From NCBI GenBank assembly GCA_964016885.1, contig OZ024754.1, forward strand, positions 6,882,001-6,946,000: a stretch of 64,000 nucleotides of DNA, given 5' to 3'. Positions within the stretch are counted from its first letter, which is position 1, and the number at the start of each line of letters is the position of its first letter. Under the pieces are notes generated by a model. The model did not search any database and was not told the origin of the DNA. It worked only from the letters and a program-made list of their open reading frames with translations. Positions 13,305 to 27,128 of the stretch are shown one piece after another. The stretch is from Eledone cirrhosa (lineage: Eukaryota). Both the position numbers and the translations under genes were made by a program.

Positions 13305-14769
13305 GTAAGTTAGTTACTAGTTACATTGAGAAACCTGGACATTCTCTTTCTTGCAGTGGTTTTCTTTAGTTATCATCATCATCAACGTTTAACGTCCGTG
13401 TTCCACGCTTGCATGGGTTTGGACGGGGGTTTTCCCACTTGAGGCAAGAGTGGTTGTCTTGCTCGCATAGGACTATCTGGCGGGTTTTCTACAGCTGGAT
13501 GCCCTTCCTAACACCAACCACATTTACAGTTTTATATTATATATATTATATATATATATATAAGGGTGGTAGATTGGCAGTATCGGTAGAGGGTCGGACA
13601 CCATGCTTAGCAGCATAGAGTTACGGTCCTTTATCGTCTGAGTTCAAATCCCGCCGAGGTTAACTTTGCCTTTCATCCTTACGGGGGTCGATAAAATAAA
13701 GTACCAGTAATACACTGGGTAATTGCTGGCCTTGTGCCAACAGTAGAAACAATTATATATATATATATATATATATATGTTTATATTTAAACCTTTGGAT
13801 ACAAGCGAATGAAATGGGGATACACTGTTCCACTAGTGTGTGTATATATATGTATATATAGGGCAAAGGAGCTCTTAAGAGTCAATGGCCATCCAAAATC
13901 ACCGGGAGAGATGACCCCTTAGCCTTTGTCAAGGCAGAATTCTAGGAGAAGGAAAACTCTGATATAACACCTGCAACCCTGATGGTATCCAATGATGTTG
14001 ACTTGTTCTTCTTTTTGGTAAATATCATCTTGGTTAAGAGAGTGGGACTGGCTTTGTGCAGTGCCTTTGCTCACTATAAAAGCTTCACGGCACAGGCATT
14101 GCTTTATATCTGCAGATCTCTCTGCACTTGTCGTCACATGGTACCATGGGCCCAGCACTATGTGTCAGTAATTGTCACAAGTGTATAGTGTTTGTACCAG
14201 AGTTTTCAAGTCGCTGGCTCTGACTAAAAAGTCACACTCGTTCAGCGCATCGGTAGGGGTTCTCCTACATGGATATAAAGTAGTGGCCGTACTCGAAAAC
14301 GAGTTGGCAGCCACCATATATATATATATATAATGAAGGAGTTGTGGTAAGGAACCAGATGGACCATAACGCACCAGAGTACTCAATACTTAGGGTAGTA
14401 GAGTGGGTAATAGGAAAATGTATGACCCCCGACGGCAGAGCTCAAGCCATTTTGACGGCTATTCCTGAGTCTACTTATTGCACCTGAGCATCGGCCATAT
14501 ATAAGATCTACGTTCTTAGATAGCTTACCTGTGATCCCACTACATCTTTTATGTACCCATAGTTTGCATTTATATATATAGACACATCCATATATACACC
14601 AGTCCACTAGCATATATATATATATATATATATATACAATGTATATATATATATAACACATACATACAAATGAGTATACAATTTTAATCTTTTCTTTGTC
14701 TCTTGGTACTATCTACTCTGACCTGAATAGTCTCAAATGTGGGTATGAAAGGTGTGTGTGTTGGTGGGA

Positions 14770-15139
14770 GGGTGAAGTAGTGGTAGTGGTGGTAGTAGTA
14801 GTGGTGGTAGTGGTAGTGGTGGTAGTGGTAGTAGCGGTGGTAGTGGTAGTAGCGGTGGTGGTGCTAGTAGTGGTGGTGGTGGTAGTAGTGGTGATAGTGG
14901 TAGTAGTAGTAGTAGTGGTGGTAGTGGTAGTGGTGGTAGTGGTAGTAGTGGTGGTGGTGGTAGTGGTGGTGGTAGTAGTGGTGGTGGTAGTGGTAGTGGT
15001 GGTAGTGGTAGTAGCGGTGGTGGTGGTAGTAGCGGTGGTGGTGCTAGTAGTGGTGGTGGTGCTAGTAGTGGTGGTGGTAGTAGTAGTAGTGATGGTGGTA
15101 GTAGTAGTAGTGATGGTGGTAGTAGGGGTGGTGGTAGTG

Positions 15140-15170
<31 letters not shown>

Positions 15171-15357
15171 TAGTGGTGGTGGTGGTAGTAGTAGTAGTGA
15201 TGGTGGTAGTAGGGGTGGTGGTAGTGGTAGTAGTGGTGGTGGTGGTAGTGGTGGTGGTAGTAGTGGTGGTAGTGGTGGTGGTGGTAGTGGTGCTGGTAGT
15301 AGTGGCAGTGGTGGTAGTAGTAGTAGTGGTGGTGGTGGTGGTGGTGGTAGTGGTGAT
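14770..15357. repeat. (GTG/GTA)n trinucleotide repeat
   Basis: Read directly; gives the spurious poly-V/T/P ORFs. Confidence 0.95.
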
Positions 15358-15874
15358 GGCAATGTTATTTAAGTAGGTGAAAGAGGTAATTCTCTTCAAG
15401 ACAGTCCTCGAAACAGTTGTATTGAACACTTAATTATTGAATTGAAGATAATACTTCAGATTGGGACATTAAAGGTGGTGGTGGCGGTGGTGGTAGTGGC
15501 GGTGGTGGTGGCGGTGGGGGTGGGAGTGGTAACAGTTTTGGAGGGCTTATCGCAGTTATTCCTGGTTTGTGGGAATTATCTTAGTCAAATATTGATGCAG
15601 GCGTGGTTGTGTGGTTAAGATTGCAATCATAAGGTCTTTGGTTCAGGCCCAGTCTGTGGCACCTTCGAGCAAGTGACATTTACCATAGCCTCGGGGCACC
15701 CCAAGCCTTGTGAATAACATTTGGTAGACAGAAACTGTTTGGAAGCCTGTCGAAATGGACTCTGCCTGTAATTCAAAGGTCCTGCCTCCTCACACATGTC
15801 CTGTTTTGCTGATTCTGCCTGAGAATTACATTGATGGTATATGTGTCAGTGGAATACTCAGCCACACACACATG

Positions 15875-15942
<68 letters not shown>

Positions 15943-16036
15943 GGTACACTTGTTCTTACAAACACATAACTGTAAAGCTGAGTGTGTGTGTGTATGTATG
16001 CAGTTATGTATTTGTAAAGGCAGATGCCTCTGTGTG

Positions 16037-16071
<35 letters not shown>

Positions 16072-16237
16072 CATCATCATCATCATCACCGTTTTAGTCC
16101 ATTCTTCCACGCTAGCATGGGTTAGACGGTTTGTCCTGTTATGGGCAGTGTCTGGTCGGCTGACCTTATCTTGCTCATACGGGAACTGATTCTGGCTTGA
16201 TTTCTACAGCTGAATGCCCTTCCTAACACCAACCTCA

Positions 16238-16823
16238 TTTACAGTGTGGGATGGGTGCTTTTTTGCCGTGGCACGTCCACTTTACAGTGTGGGCTGGGTG
16301 CTTTTTTGCCGTGGCACCTCCATTTTACAGTGTGGGCTGGGTGCTTTTTTTGCTGTGGCACCTCCACGTCCACTTTACAGTGTGGGCTGGGTGCTTTTTT
16401 TGCTGTGGCACCTCCACGTCCACTTTACAGTGTGGGCTGGGTGCTTTTTTTGCTGTGGCACCTCCACGACCACTTTACAGTGTGGGCTGGGTGCTTTTTT
16501 TGCTGTGGCACCTCCACGTCCACTTTACAGTGTGGGCTGGGTGCTTTTTTTGCTGTGGCACCTCCACGTCCACTTTACAGTGTGGGCTGGGTGCTTTTTT
16601 GCTGTGGCACCTCCACTTTACAGTGTGGGCTGGGTGCTTTTTTGCGATGGCACCTCCACGTCCACTTTACAGTGTGGGCTGGGTGCTTCTTTTGCCATGA
16701 CACCTCCACGTCCACTTTACAGTGTAGGCTGGGTGCTTCTTTTGCCATGACACCTCCACGTCCACTTTACAGTGTGGGCTGGGTGCTTCTTTTGCCATGG
16801 CACCTCCATGTCCACTTTGCAGT
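16238..16823. repeat. ~50-bp tandem array (~12 units) amplified inside a SINE B copy
   Basis: Unit TTTACAGTGTGGGCTGGGTGCTTTTTTTGCTGTGGCACCTCCACGTCCAC, directly after the SINE B segment at 16070-16240. Confidence 0.9.
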
Positions 16824-16897
16824 GGGAGGGGTTTGGGGCATATTGTCTATATGCTTCAGCTTCGGCTTGTATCCATGGGGGGGGTCGGGTCTCTGTG

Positions 16898-16932
<35 letters not shown>

Positions 16933-16961
16933 TTATGTATGCAGTTAAGTAGACATATGCA

Positions 16962-18617
16962 TGTTGTGGTGGTGGTGTTGGTAGTGAGTGTTGTGGTGGT
17001 GGTGGTAGTGAGTGTTGTGGTGGTGTTGGTAGTGAGTGTTGTGGTGCTGGTGTTGGTAGTGAGTGTTGTGGTGGTGGTAGTGAGTGTTGTGGTAGTGAGT
17101 GTTGTGGTGGTGGTGTTGGTAGTGAGTGTTGTGGTGGTGGTGGTCGTGTTGGTAGTGAGTGTTGTGGTGGTCGTGTTGGTAGTGAGTGTTGTGGTGGTGG
17201 TGGTGGTAGTGAGTGTTGTGGTGGTGGTGTTGGTGTTGGTAGTGAGTGTGGTGGTGGTGGTGTTGGTAGTGAGTGTTGTGGTGGTGGTGGTCGTGTTGGT
17301 AGTGAGTGTTGTGGTGGTCGTGTTGGTAGTGAGTGTTGTGGTGGTGGTGGTGGTAGTGAGTGTGGTGGTGGTGGTGTTGGTAGTGAGTGTGGTGTTGGTG
17401 TTGGTAGTGAGTGTGGTGGTGTTGGTAGTGAGTGTTGTGGTGGTGGTGTTGGTAGTGAGTGTTGTGGTGGTGTTGGTAGTGAGTGTTGTGGTGGTGGTGT
17501 TGGTATTGAGTGTTGTGGTGGTGGTGGTGGTAGTGAGTGTGGTGGTGGTGGTGTTGGTAGTGAGTGTGGTGTTGGTGTTGGTAGTGAGTGTGGTGGTGTT
17601 GGTAGTGAGTGTTGTGGTGGTGGTAGTGAGTGTGGTGGTGGTAGTGTTGGTAGTGAGTGTGGTGTTGGTGTTGGTAGTGAGTGTGGTGGTGGTGGTGTTG
17701 GTAGTGAGTGTGGTGATGGTGTTGGTAGTGAGTGTTGTGGTAGTGGTGTTGGTAGTGAGTGTTGTGGTGGTGGTGTTGGTAGTGAGTGTTGTGGTGGTGG
17801 TGTTGGTAGTGAGTGTTGTGGTGGTGGTGGTCGTGTTGGTAGTGAGTGTTGTGGTGGTCGTGTTGGTAGTGAGTGTTGTGGTGGTGGTAGTGAGTGTGGT
17901 GGTGGTAGTGTTGGTAGTGAGTGTGGTGTTGGTGTTGGTAGTGAGTGTGGTGGTGGTGGTGTTGGTAGTGAGTGTGGTGATGGTGTTGGTAGTGAGTGTT
18001 GTGGTGGTGGTGTTGGTAGTGAGTGTTGTGGTGGTGGTGTTGGTAGTGAGTGTTGTGGTGGTGGTGTTGGTAGTGAGTGTGGTGGTGGTGTTGGTAGTGA
18101 GTGTTGTGGTGGTGCTGTTGGTAGTGAGTGTTGTGGTGGTGGTGTTGGTAGTGAGTGTGGTGGTGGTGTTGGTAGTAAGTGTTGTGGTGGTGGTGTTGGT
18201 AGTGAGTGTGGTGTTGGTGTTGGTAGTGAGTGTGGTGGTGGTGGTGTTGGTAGTGAGTGTGGTGGTGGTGTTGGTAGTAAGTGTTGTGATGGTGGTGTTG
18301 GTAGTGAGTGTTGTGGTGGTGGTGGTCGTGTTGGTAGTGAGTGTTGTGGTGGTCGTGTTGGTAGTGAGTGTTGTGGTGGTGGTGGTGGTGGTAGTGAGTG
18401 TTGTGGTGGTGGTGGTCGTGTTGGTAGTGAGTGTTGTGGTGGTGTTGGTAGTGAGTGTTGTGGTGGTGGTGTTGGTAGTGAGTGTGGTGGTGGTGTTGGT
18501 AGTGAGTGTTGTGGTGGTGGTGTTGGTAGTGAGTGTGGTGGTGGTGGTGTTGGTAGTGAGTGTTGTGGTGGTGGTGGTGGTAGTGAGTGTTGTGGTGGTG
18601 GTGGTGGTAGTGAGTGT
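16962..18617. repeat. 1.65-kb G/T-rich minisatellite (GTGTTGGTAGTGAGT + variable GTG run)
   Basis: Fixed core with a variable (GTG)n spacer; explains the 600-850 aa low-complexity ORFs. Confidence 0.95.
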
Positions 18618-19427
18618 CGTGTTTGTGATGGCGGTGGTGTTGACAGGTATGATAGGGATAGTGCATAAGATAGAAGTGGAGGCAATTATCTCTACCATTT
18701 CTCCACTGCCAACAAAAGCCCCCCACCCCCCCCCCACCCCCACATCCCCACACCCATGTCCCCACACTCAATCACATTTGCTGCAATATAGACATGAATG
18801 TTAATTTATGTAAATATGTTGTATGCCTCTGAATATATTTGGCCATCCCTCACTTCCTATTATATATCTACATGTCTCTGTAATGGTATGTATGTGTGTA
18901 TATATATATATATCTACACACACATATACACACATATATATATATAGTGCGTGTATATATGTGTGTGTATTTTTTTTTTTCCCACACACGCCACCTACAT
19001 CCACAATACGTATAAACACCACACACACGTGCGTACCCCCACATATTTACACACTCACCCTCCGGAATCCCCCACCCCCACCCCTCTGACCCCTTTTCAT
19101 CCACACACACACACACCGACCTACACCCCACCCCACACACACCTTTTCCTGAACATGGAACCTCGTTCTTACCCCAACTCTCACACACACACGCACCACC
19201 TTCAGCCCTCCCCGCTCGGACACCCCGCCTCCCTCTCCCCACTCCACCCACCACCACCCTACACACCCCACACCCTTCCACCACTTGTTTATCTTTATTT
19301 TTATTATTTTTTTATATTTATTTTCATTTGTACCCCTTCCACCGTTTCCTCTCACCCCCTTTTTTCTAATTGTCTCTCCCCCACTCCCCTACACACCCTT
19401 GGAACTCTCTTCCCACACACTTTTCCC

Positions 19428-19459
19428 CTGAAGAAGGGCTTCTGCCCGAAACGGCGTTC
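19428..19459 (+). ncRNA. Hammerhead-like core lacking stem I (Penelope-type terminus)
   Basis: CTGAAGA AGGGC-ttct-GCCC GAAAC GGC GTT; the flanks are not complementary; AATAAA and (TA)n follow. Confidence 0.4.
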
Positions 19460-19546
19460 CCCACCACTCCCCCACGCTCAAGAGCGTGAAACTAATAAAC
19501 CTTTGTTCGTACTGCCTCTCTGTTTTGTTCCCGTTCCATTTTTCAC

Positions 19547-19578
<32 letters not shown>

Positions 19579-19651
19579 TACAAACACACATTATATATAT
19601 ATATGCACACACACAAACTATATAGCATGGAAAATGGACGTCAAACGATGA

Positions 19652-19698
<47 letters not shown>

Positions 19699-21720
19699 TA
19701 TATTTAAGAGTTAAACAAGGTTCAATGAATACATCAAAGAATGAGTTTTTCAATAGATTGGAAGCACTCAACAGAAAAAATGTTTTCCAGAGTTATTAAT
19801 ATTAATTCAAAATATTAACAAAATAGATATTCTTGTGATCAATTATATTTTATTATACATATTTCAGAGGTACTGAGTTAAGCTCAACAGTACGTCCTCA
19901 TCAGATAAAATAAAATGACACATGACATACCCTGACATAGTAGATGCTTAAGATTCAGTCATGGTAGTGATTAACTTATGACAAAACTCAATATTTATAC
20001 CCTAATATTGAGAACATGAGATAACATAATACAAACAATAGAGAGGGTGCGTGTAATAGATTTTAAGAAATATATGGCATCAATATAACAGTTATAAAAT
20101 TTTTATTTTTTAAAATTTACTGGAGAAAGAGGAGGGAAAGGAAAGCATAGAGGAAGAAACAGCTGATGTGATAATATATTTAGTAGGTGGCTTGAGAAGA
20201 CAGATGAAAGATGATTAAAGAGAGAGAGAGACAAAGGGGAGTAATTTATGTTCAAGTTTATATACACACAGATTTCTATATAATCAACACGTGTCCAGAA
20301 TAATATAGTTGGCAGTTAATTTTCAAAACATGCGAGCGTGGAATATGGACGTTAAACGATGATGATGATGATGATAGTAAAAATAATGGAGCAAAGGACT
20401 CGCGTATAATCCTGTACACACACTATATATATATATCATCATCATCATCATTTAACGTCCATTTTCCACGCTAGCATGGGTAGGACTGGCCGTCACCCCT
20501 TTGTGAGTGATCAGGTCAGAGGACCATGTTTTGCTCACACAGAACTGATTTTGGCTTGGTTTCTACAGCTGGATGCCCTTCCTAACTCCAACATTTACAG
20601 TGTGTGAACTGAGTGCTTTTTGTTGTCACACACACCTACAGAATAAGCACCAGACTGATGTACCTCCAGGCTTCGGACAGATGCTTTTTGTTTTTTCTTT
20701 CTTTAAAAACCTTCCATCATAATTTTATGTAAGAACCTTTCTTGAGTTATGCTCCAAACACCAGTTTAATAATGATAAAGTTAGTTATATCAGTAAGTCT
20801 AAAGTCTGTCTTAAGCCAGAAGGCTCCTTTAGCCGGTGCTTACCCTGGTTTCATGACGTGAAGCGAGTGAGAGTGCAACACTCCCCCCCCCGGACAGGAT
20901 GCCAGTCCATCACATGGTTAAACCCCCAGCTATTGCTGCTACTCATTTTCAGCTAAGTACACTGGAGCAACGTGAAATGAAGTGTTTTGCTCAAGGACAC
21001 AACACACAACCCAGGAATCGAACCCACAACATTATGATCATAAGTCCAACACCCCTTACCACTAGGTCACATTCCTCCATAGTTATATCACTAAACCCCT
21101 CCATATTCTTAATTATTTTTTCAATTGTTGGGAAACCATTGGTAGTGTCTTTCATTTGATATATGGTAATGAAAGGGTTAATATCAAATAGCCGTAAGCA
21201 ATATAAGTAATTATATAATTAATATAAATAATTATATCATGAGTAATATAATTAGAACAATAGCACCTAATGCTAGTTTTCAACAGTTTTTGTGACAGCA
21301 ATTTGGTAGAGTTGTTGCAGTGTCACATTAACCTCTTAGTATTTAAACTGGCCACATCCGGCCTGAATTCTCTCACCTCTTTCTGTTCAAACCAGCTGTA
21401 ACTTAGCCACTCATACTCATGTTAAGGTATTGTTCTCAAAATAAATAATATCAAAATCTCATAGATTCAATATTATGTGAGATAATTAAGTGAGATAAAA
21501 TCTTCACCGGGAAAATACAATAGTATATAGAGAGTAAGGTAAATGTTCTAGGACAGAAATTGGTATTTTAAGGTGTTTAAATGCTGTGTGTATCCCAGTT
21601 TTTAGAATAGATATATGTCGTAAGAGATGACTAAGAGAGTTGGTGTCAGGAAGGGCATCTGACTGTAAATCATTGTTTCAAAACATCCCGTTTAACTCAT
21701 GGAAAAGTAAACATGAAAAT

Positions 21721-21908
21721 AATTGTTTCTACTTTAGGCACAAGGCCAGCAATTACCCAGTTCATTACTGGTACTTTATTTTGTCGACCCCGTAAGGATG
21801 AAAGGCAAAGTCAACCTCGGCGGGATTTGAACTCAGATCGTAAAGGGACGTAACTATGCTGGAAAGCATGGCGTCCGACCATCTACCGATACTGCCAATC
21901 CACCGCCC
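21721..21908 (-). mobile_element. SINE family A, full length with target-site duplication
   Basis: Flanked by the direct repeat GTAAACATGAAAATAAT (~21707-21723 and ~21910-21926), consistent with target-primed insertion. Confidence 0.88.
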
Positions 21909-22142
21909 TGTAAACATGAAAATAATGATGATAGTTATATTTATATTTATATAGATATCTGTTATAATTTTATGTATGCACCTTTGTTAAGTTATGTTCC
22001 AGACAGATAAATAATGAGAAAGATAGCTACACTAACTAAATTCTTCAAAATTCTTGATTAGTTTCAAAATAATTTGAAAATAATGAGAATATGCAGTGCC
22101 TTTCATTTGAGATATGGTAATGACTGGGGTAAGCAATTTCCT

Positions 22143-22617
22143 ATGTATTTCAGCTGGTCACTCACCAGTACTCCAGCCAGTAGGAGAGAATGAGGGACTA
22201 TTTAACAACTGGTCACTCCCATGTAATTTCAGCTGGTCACTCACCAGTACTCCAGCCAGTAGGAGAGAATGAGGCGCTATTTAACAACTGGTCACTCCCA
22301 TGTAATTTCAGCTGGTCACTCACCAGTACTCCAGCCAGTAGGAGAGAATGAGGCCCTATTTAACAACTGGTCACTCCCATGTAATTTCAGCTGGTCACTC
22401 ACCAGTACTCCAGCCAGTAGGAGAGAATGAGGGACTATTTAACAACTGGTCACTCCCATGTAATTTCAGCTGGTCACTCACCAGTACTCCAGCCAGTAGG
22501 AGAGAATGAGGGACTATTTAACAACTGGTCACTCCCATGTAATTTCAGCTGGTCACTCACCAGTACTCCAGCCAGTAGGAGAGAATGAGGGACTATTTAA
22601 CAACTGGTCACTCCCAT
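22143..22617. repeat. 79-bp x6 tandem repeat
   Basis: CAGCTGGTCACTCACC recurs at 22151, 22230, 22309, 22388, 22467 and 22546; units are nearly identical. Confidence 0.95.
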
Positions 22618-22704
22618 CTGTCCTCCCTATGGCATCGTGGGTTAGCTATGCAGTTTGTTACTTTGGTACATCTGGCAATGAGGTGGGGACTCTGCTCTAC
22701 TTTC

Positions 22705-23660
22705 TCCCACCACCACCATTACTATCCCACCCACCACCACCACCACTACCACTACCACCACCACCACCACTACCACTACCACCACCACTACCACCACCAC
22801 TACCACCACCACTAATACCAACCACTAGCAGCACTACAACTACAACCACCACCGCCACCACAATCAGACCACACCGCCACCACAATCAGACCACCACCAC
22901 AATCAGACCACCACCACCACCACCACAATCAGACCACCACCACCACCACCACCACCACAATCAGACCACCACCACCACCACCACAATCAGACCACCACCT
23001 CCAACACCACCACAATCAGACCACCACCACCACCACAACCTCCACCACCACCACCACAATCAGACCACCACCACCACCACCACCACCTCCACCACCACAA
23101 TCAGACCACCACCACCACCACAATCAGACCACCACCACCACCACAATCAAACTACAACCTCCACCACAATCAGACCACCACCACCACCACCACCACAATC
23201 AGACCACCACCACCACCACCACCACAATCAGACCACCACCTCCACCACCACCACCACCACAATCAGACCACCACCACCACCACCACCACAATCAGACCAC
23301 CACCTCCACCACCACCACCACCACCACCACAATCAGACCACCACAATCAGACCACCACCACCACCACCACCACCACAATCAGACCACCACCACCACCACC
23401 ACAATCAGACCACCACCACCACCACAATCAGACCACCACCACCACCACCACCACAATCAGACCACCACCACCACCACAATCAGACCACCACCACCACCAC
23501 CACCACCACCACAATCAGACCACCACCACCACCACCACCACAATCAGACCACCACAATCAGACCACCACCACCACCACAATCAGACCACCACCACCACCA
23601 CCACCACAATCAGACCACCACCATCACCACCACCACCACAATCACCACCACCACCACCCT
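22705..23660. repeat. (CAC)n / CACAATCAGAC(CAC)n minisatellite
   Basis: Read directly. Confidence 0.95.
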
Positions 23661-24251
23661 CTTGATTATTTCTCTCCATTTTTAGTATTTCCCACCACTG
23701 AGTCACACACACACACACACACACACACACAGTGGCACATACAGAGATAATAGACACATGCTAAAACACACAGATAACGTACACAGACATATATATACAC
23801 ACGGATAACACAGCTAAAATACACACAGCACCACACACTTACACACACATACACACATATACACACACGTTTATACAAACGTATATCACATGTATACAAC
23901 ACTAAATAGATCACACACACACACATACACACACTTCAATGACTCACACACACTTATACACACACACTTACACACATATATACACACACAAAATGTAATT
24001 CCAATTGTAACTGTATTTCAAATATTGAAGATAATGGGAAGTAAAAACGAACAATACCAGCATTCCTTGCACCACCACTACCACTACTACTGCTACTACT
24101 GCTGCTACTACTACTGCTGCTGCTACTACTACTGCTACTGCTACTACTACTACTACTACTACTGTTGTTACTGCTACTACTACTGCTGCTACTACTACTA
24201 CTTCTGCTACTGCTACTACTGCTGCTATTGCTGCTACTACTGTTGCTATTG

Positions 24252-24290
<39 letters not shown>

Positions 24291-25142
24291 GGGGTTTGCT
24301 AATTAACAAACTTTCTCATTATGTTTAGAACTTAACAAAGGTTCCTACATAAAATTACAATGAATGGGTTTGTTGTTTTCAGATAAATATAAACTGTTTA
24401 AAGGAAATATCTTAGCTTTGTATCATACATTGAGGTGCAGTTTGGACCAGTTTGGGGCAGTCTAGGGCAGTTTGGCGCAGTCTTGTAGCTGAAGGGTTAA
24501 TGGCTCAAAAACTTGATTATACTTTAGTAACATAATTTAAACTAAATTAAACTGAAAAAAAAAGAGAAGAAACAAAATGAAATAAAATAAGGTGTTGAGA
24601 AAACCCTACATTCTCAGCTGCACACTGAAGATGGGATGGTGATGAAAGTGTTGCCCTGGAGAACAGCCAGCAGTATCTGCTACATTAGCCATTCCACCTC
24701 ACAGGCTCCTTTTCCCGGTATGATGCCATTGTCCTGATTTGGTAGAGGAAAACAGCAGCCATTAAACAAAGGACTCTGGAGGTCTCATTGATGGCCAACA
24801 CAAAAAGGAAATGGTCAGTTAAGGACTAGTATTTGGTCATCTTCCACTCCTTTTTGGTTGGGGACTGATGACACTGGGGGTCTCAATGATGGCCAACGCA
24901 CAAAGAAAATGGTCAGTCAATGGCTGGTAGTTCATCATTGTTCACTCCTTTGTAGCTGTCTGAGGACCAAAGACACTGGAGGTTTCGATGGTGACCAACA
25001 CAAAAAGAAAATGGTCAGTCAATGACTTGTATTTGGTCATCTTTCACTCCTTTATGTTGCAAGGTGGCAATGCCTAGGTTTATGGCCAAAGTGATGAGGT
25101 TAGCACTAGAGAAAGCATTACAACAATAGGTAGTATCCTGGA

Positions 25143-25958
25143 GTGACCAATCCAGGAGGACTCCATGACAGAGGCTGACAGGTTCTAGAATGTAATGTCC
25201 TAAATAAGTGACCAATCCAGGAAGAATCCATGACAGAGGCTGACAGGTTCTAGAATGTAATGTCCTAAATAAGTGACCAATCCAGGAAGAATCCATGACA
25301 GAGGCTGACAGGTTCTAGAATGTAATATCCTAAATAAGTGACCAATCCAGGAAGAATCCATGACAGAGGCTGACAGGTTCTAGAATGTAATGTCCTAAAT
25401 AAGTGACCAATCCAGGAAGAATCCATGACAGAGGCTGACAGGTTCTAGAATGTAATGTCCTAAATAAGTGACCAATCCAGGAAGAATCCATGACAGAGGC
25501 TGACAGGTTCTAGAATGTAATGTCCTAAGTAAGTGATCAATCTAGGAAAACTCCATGACAGGCTGACAGGTTCTAGAATGTAATGTCCTAAGTAAGTGAC
25601 CAATCTAGGAAAACTCCATGACAGAGGCTGACAGGTTCTAGTATGTAATGTCCTAAATAAGTGACCAATCCAGGAAGACTCCATGACAGAGGCTGACAGG
25701 TTCTAGAATGTAATGTCCAAAGTAAGTGACCAATCCAGGAAAACTCCATGACAGGCTGACAGGTTCTAGAATGTAATGTCCAAAGTAAGTGACCAATCTA
25801 GGAAAACTCCATGACAGAGGCTGACAGGTTCTAGAATGTAATGTCCAAAGTAAGTGACCAATCCAGGAAAACTCCATGACAGGCTGACAGGTTCTAGTAT
25901 GTAATGGCCTATATATGACCAATCCAGGAGAACTCCATGACAGAGGCCTACAGGTTCC
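25143..25958. repeat. 65/62-bp tandem repeat, ~12-13 units
   Basis: GTGACCAATCCAGG at 25143, 25208, 25273 and onward; some later units lack 3 bp. Confidence 0.95.
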
Positions 25959-26156
25959 AGTTGGAACTGAATTACCTTTGATAAGCTAAACCAAACTTTT
26001 ATCAAACCTGCTGTTCTCCCCTTGGATTGGTTGTTGCTAGGTAACTGACTGTGGGGTGGTGACTGGGGTGGATCAGTGGTGTTAGAAGTAGTAATGGTAT
26101 TGGTAGTAAAAATAAAGTGAGCCACAAACTGGCCTGGGAGGAAGTACTCTCTAATA

Positions 26157-26477
26157 CAGGGGTGTGCAACAGGCGGCGCATGGGCCTCAATCCGGGCCTG
26201 CCAGACCAGTCAGAGTGGCCCCGGATGACCGTTTTTAATGTTTACCTTGTAGGCTTATTTAGAATTTTTTTCATAACCATAATACAATTCTCTGTTAGTT
26301 GACCTATACTAAAGGGCTTCACTGATAAGGTTATGTTTGTTATAATTTCCCAGTTCCATGTTATGGAAAGAAGTTGTGGTGAATCTTTGGAATAGTCTTT
26401 AATAAATATTAATGGCCCTAATAGTTGTTCCAATGTTAAAAAAATGACCAGCCAATGGAATATGTTGCACACCTCTA
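26157..26477. mobile_element. hAT-type MITE
   Basis: TIRs CAGGGGTGTGCAAC / GTTGCACACCTCTA with an exact 8-bp TSD CTCTAATA (26149-26156, 26478-26485). Confidence 0.85.
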
Positions 26478-26819
26478 CTCTAATATAAATCTTGAGATTT
26501 TATGTCCTTTATATTTCTTTGTGTGTGTGTGTGTGTGCCTGCACCTGTCAATTTTATAGGACAAATCCTGTTTCACAAAAGCTGTTCTGGGTTATTCTAA
26601 GCTTTTTTGTTCTAATCAAGGTTGGGTTTGGGTAGGGCCAGAGATATTGTATGTTGGTATTTGAGTATATTTGTGTGTGTGTGCTGACTTGATCTGTAAC
26701 AACTGGGCTTACATAACCAGTCTATACTAGGATATAAAAACTGACAATTAAATGGTGCATTTCGTCTGATGCTTTAATGACAACTGCCTCTCCACCCCCT
26801 ACACCCCTACACCGTGAGT

Positions 26820-27128
26820 TGAAAGAGAAACAGTGTATAAGAGGGATAAGCTGTAGTGTGCGGGAAAGAAGACTGCAATGGTATAGACATGTGATGCGCA
26901 TGGAGGATTACCACTGGGTAAAGAAGTGCCAAGAAATCCCAGTGGAAGGAAGACACAGTAGAGGAAGACCACGAAAATCATGGGCGGAGGTGGTGAGAGC
27001 AGACCTCAGATCGCTGAAGCTCACGGAGGAGATGACAAAGGATTGTGACAAATGGAGAAATGCTGTGCTGAATAGGACCCGTCCCACCCTTGCAAGCAGG
27101 GAAAAGAGGACATAAAATGATGATGATG
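26820..27128 (+). mobile_element. RTE-clade LINE 3' fragment
   Basis: RERRLQWYRHVMRMED...GRPRKSWAEVVRADL...WR motifs and a (GAT)n tail. Same or related family on the minus strand at ~37570-37880, 41718-41870, 42258-42530 and 45555-45850, and decayed at ~62165-62520. Confidence 0.88.

Noticed and set aside
14696-18804. Long ORFs of 200-850 aa (poly-V, poly-T, Pro-rich, His-rich)
   Set aside because: Open in several frames on both strands because they lie in stop-free trinucleotide-based repeats; no splice or homology support.
22506-23750. 414-aa extensin/His-rich-looking ORF
   Set aside because: Mostly a (CAC)n minisatellite whose translation switches among P, H and T runs with unit length; only the short unique part is kept as a candidate exon.
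24621-24660. CTGAAGA...GAAA as a hammerhead
   Set aside because: No stem II or stem I complementarity.
25143-25958. Regularly spaced repeats resembling a CRISPR array (also 12553, 22151, 49666, 59608, 60827)
   Set aside because: Units are contiguous head-to-tail copies with no unique spacers, there are no cas genes, and the context is a eukaryotic intron.
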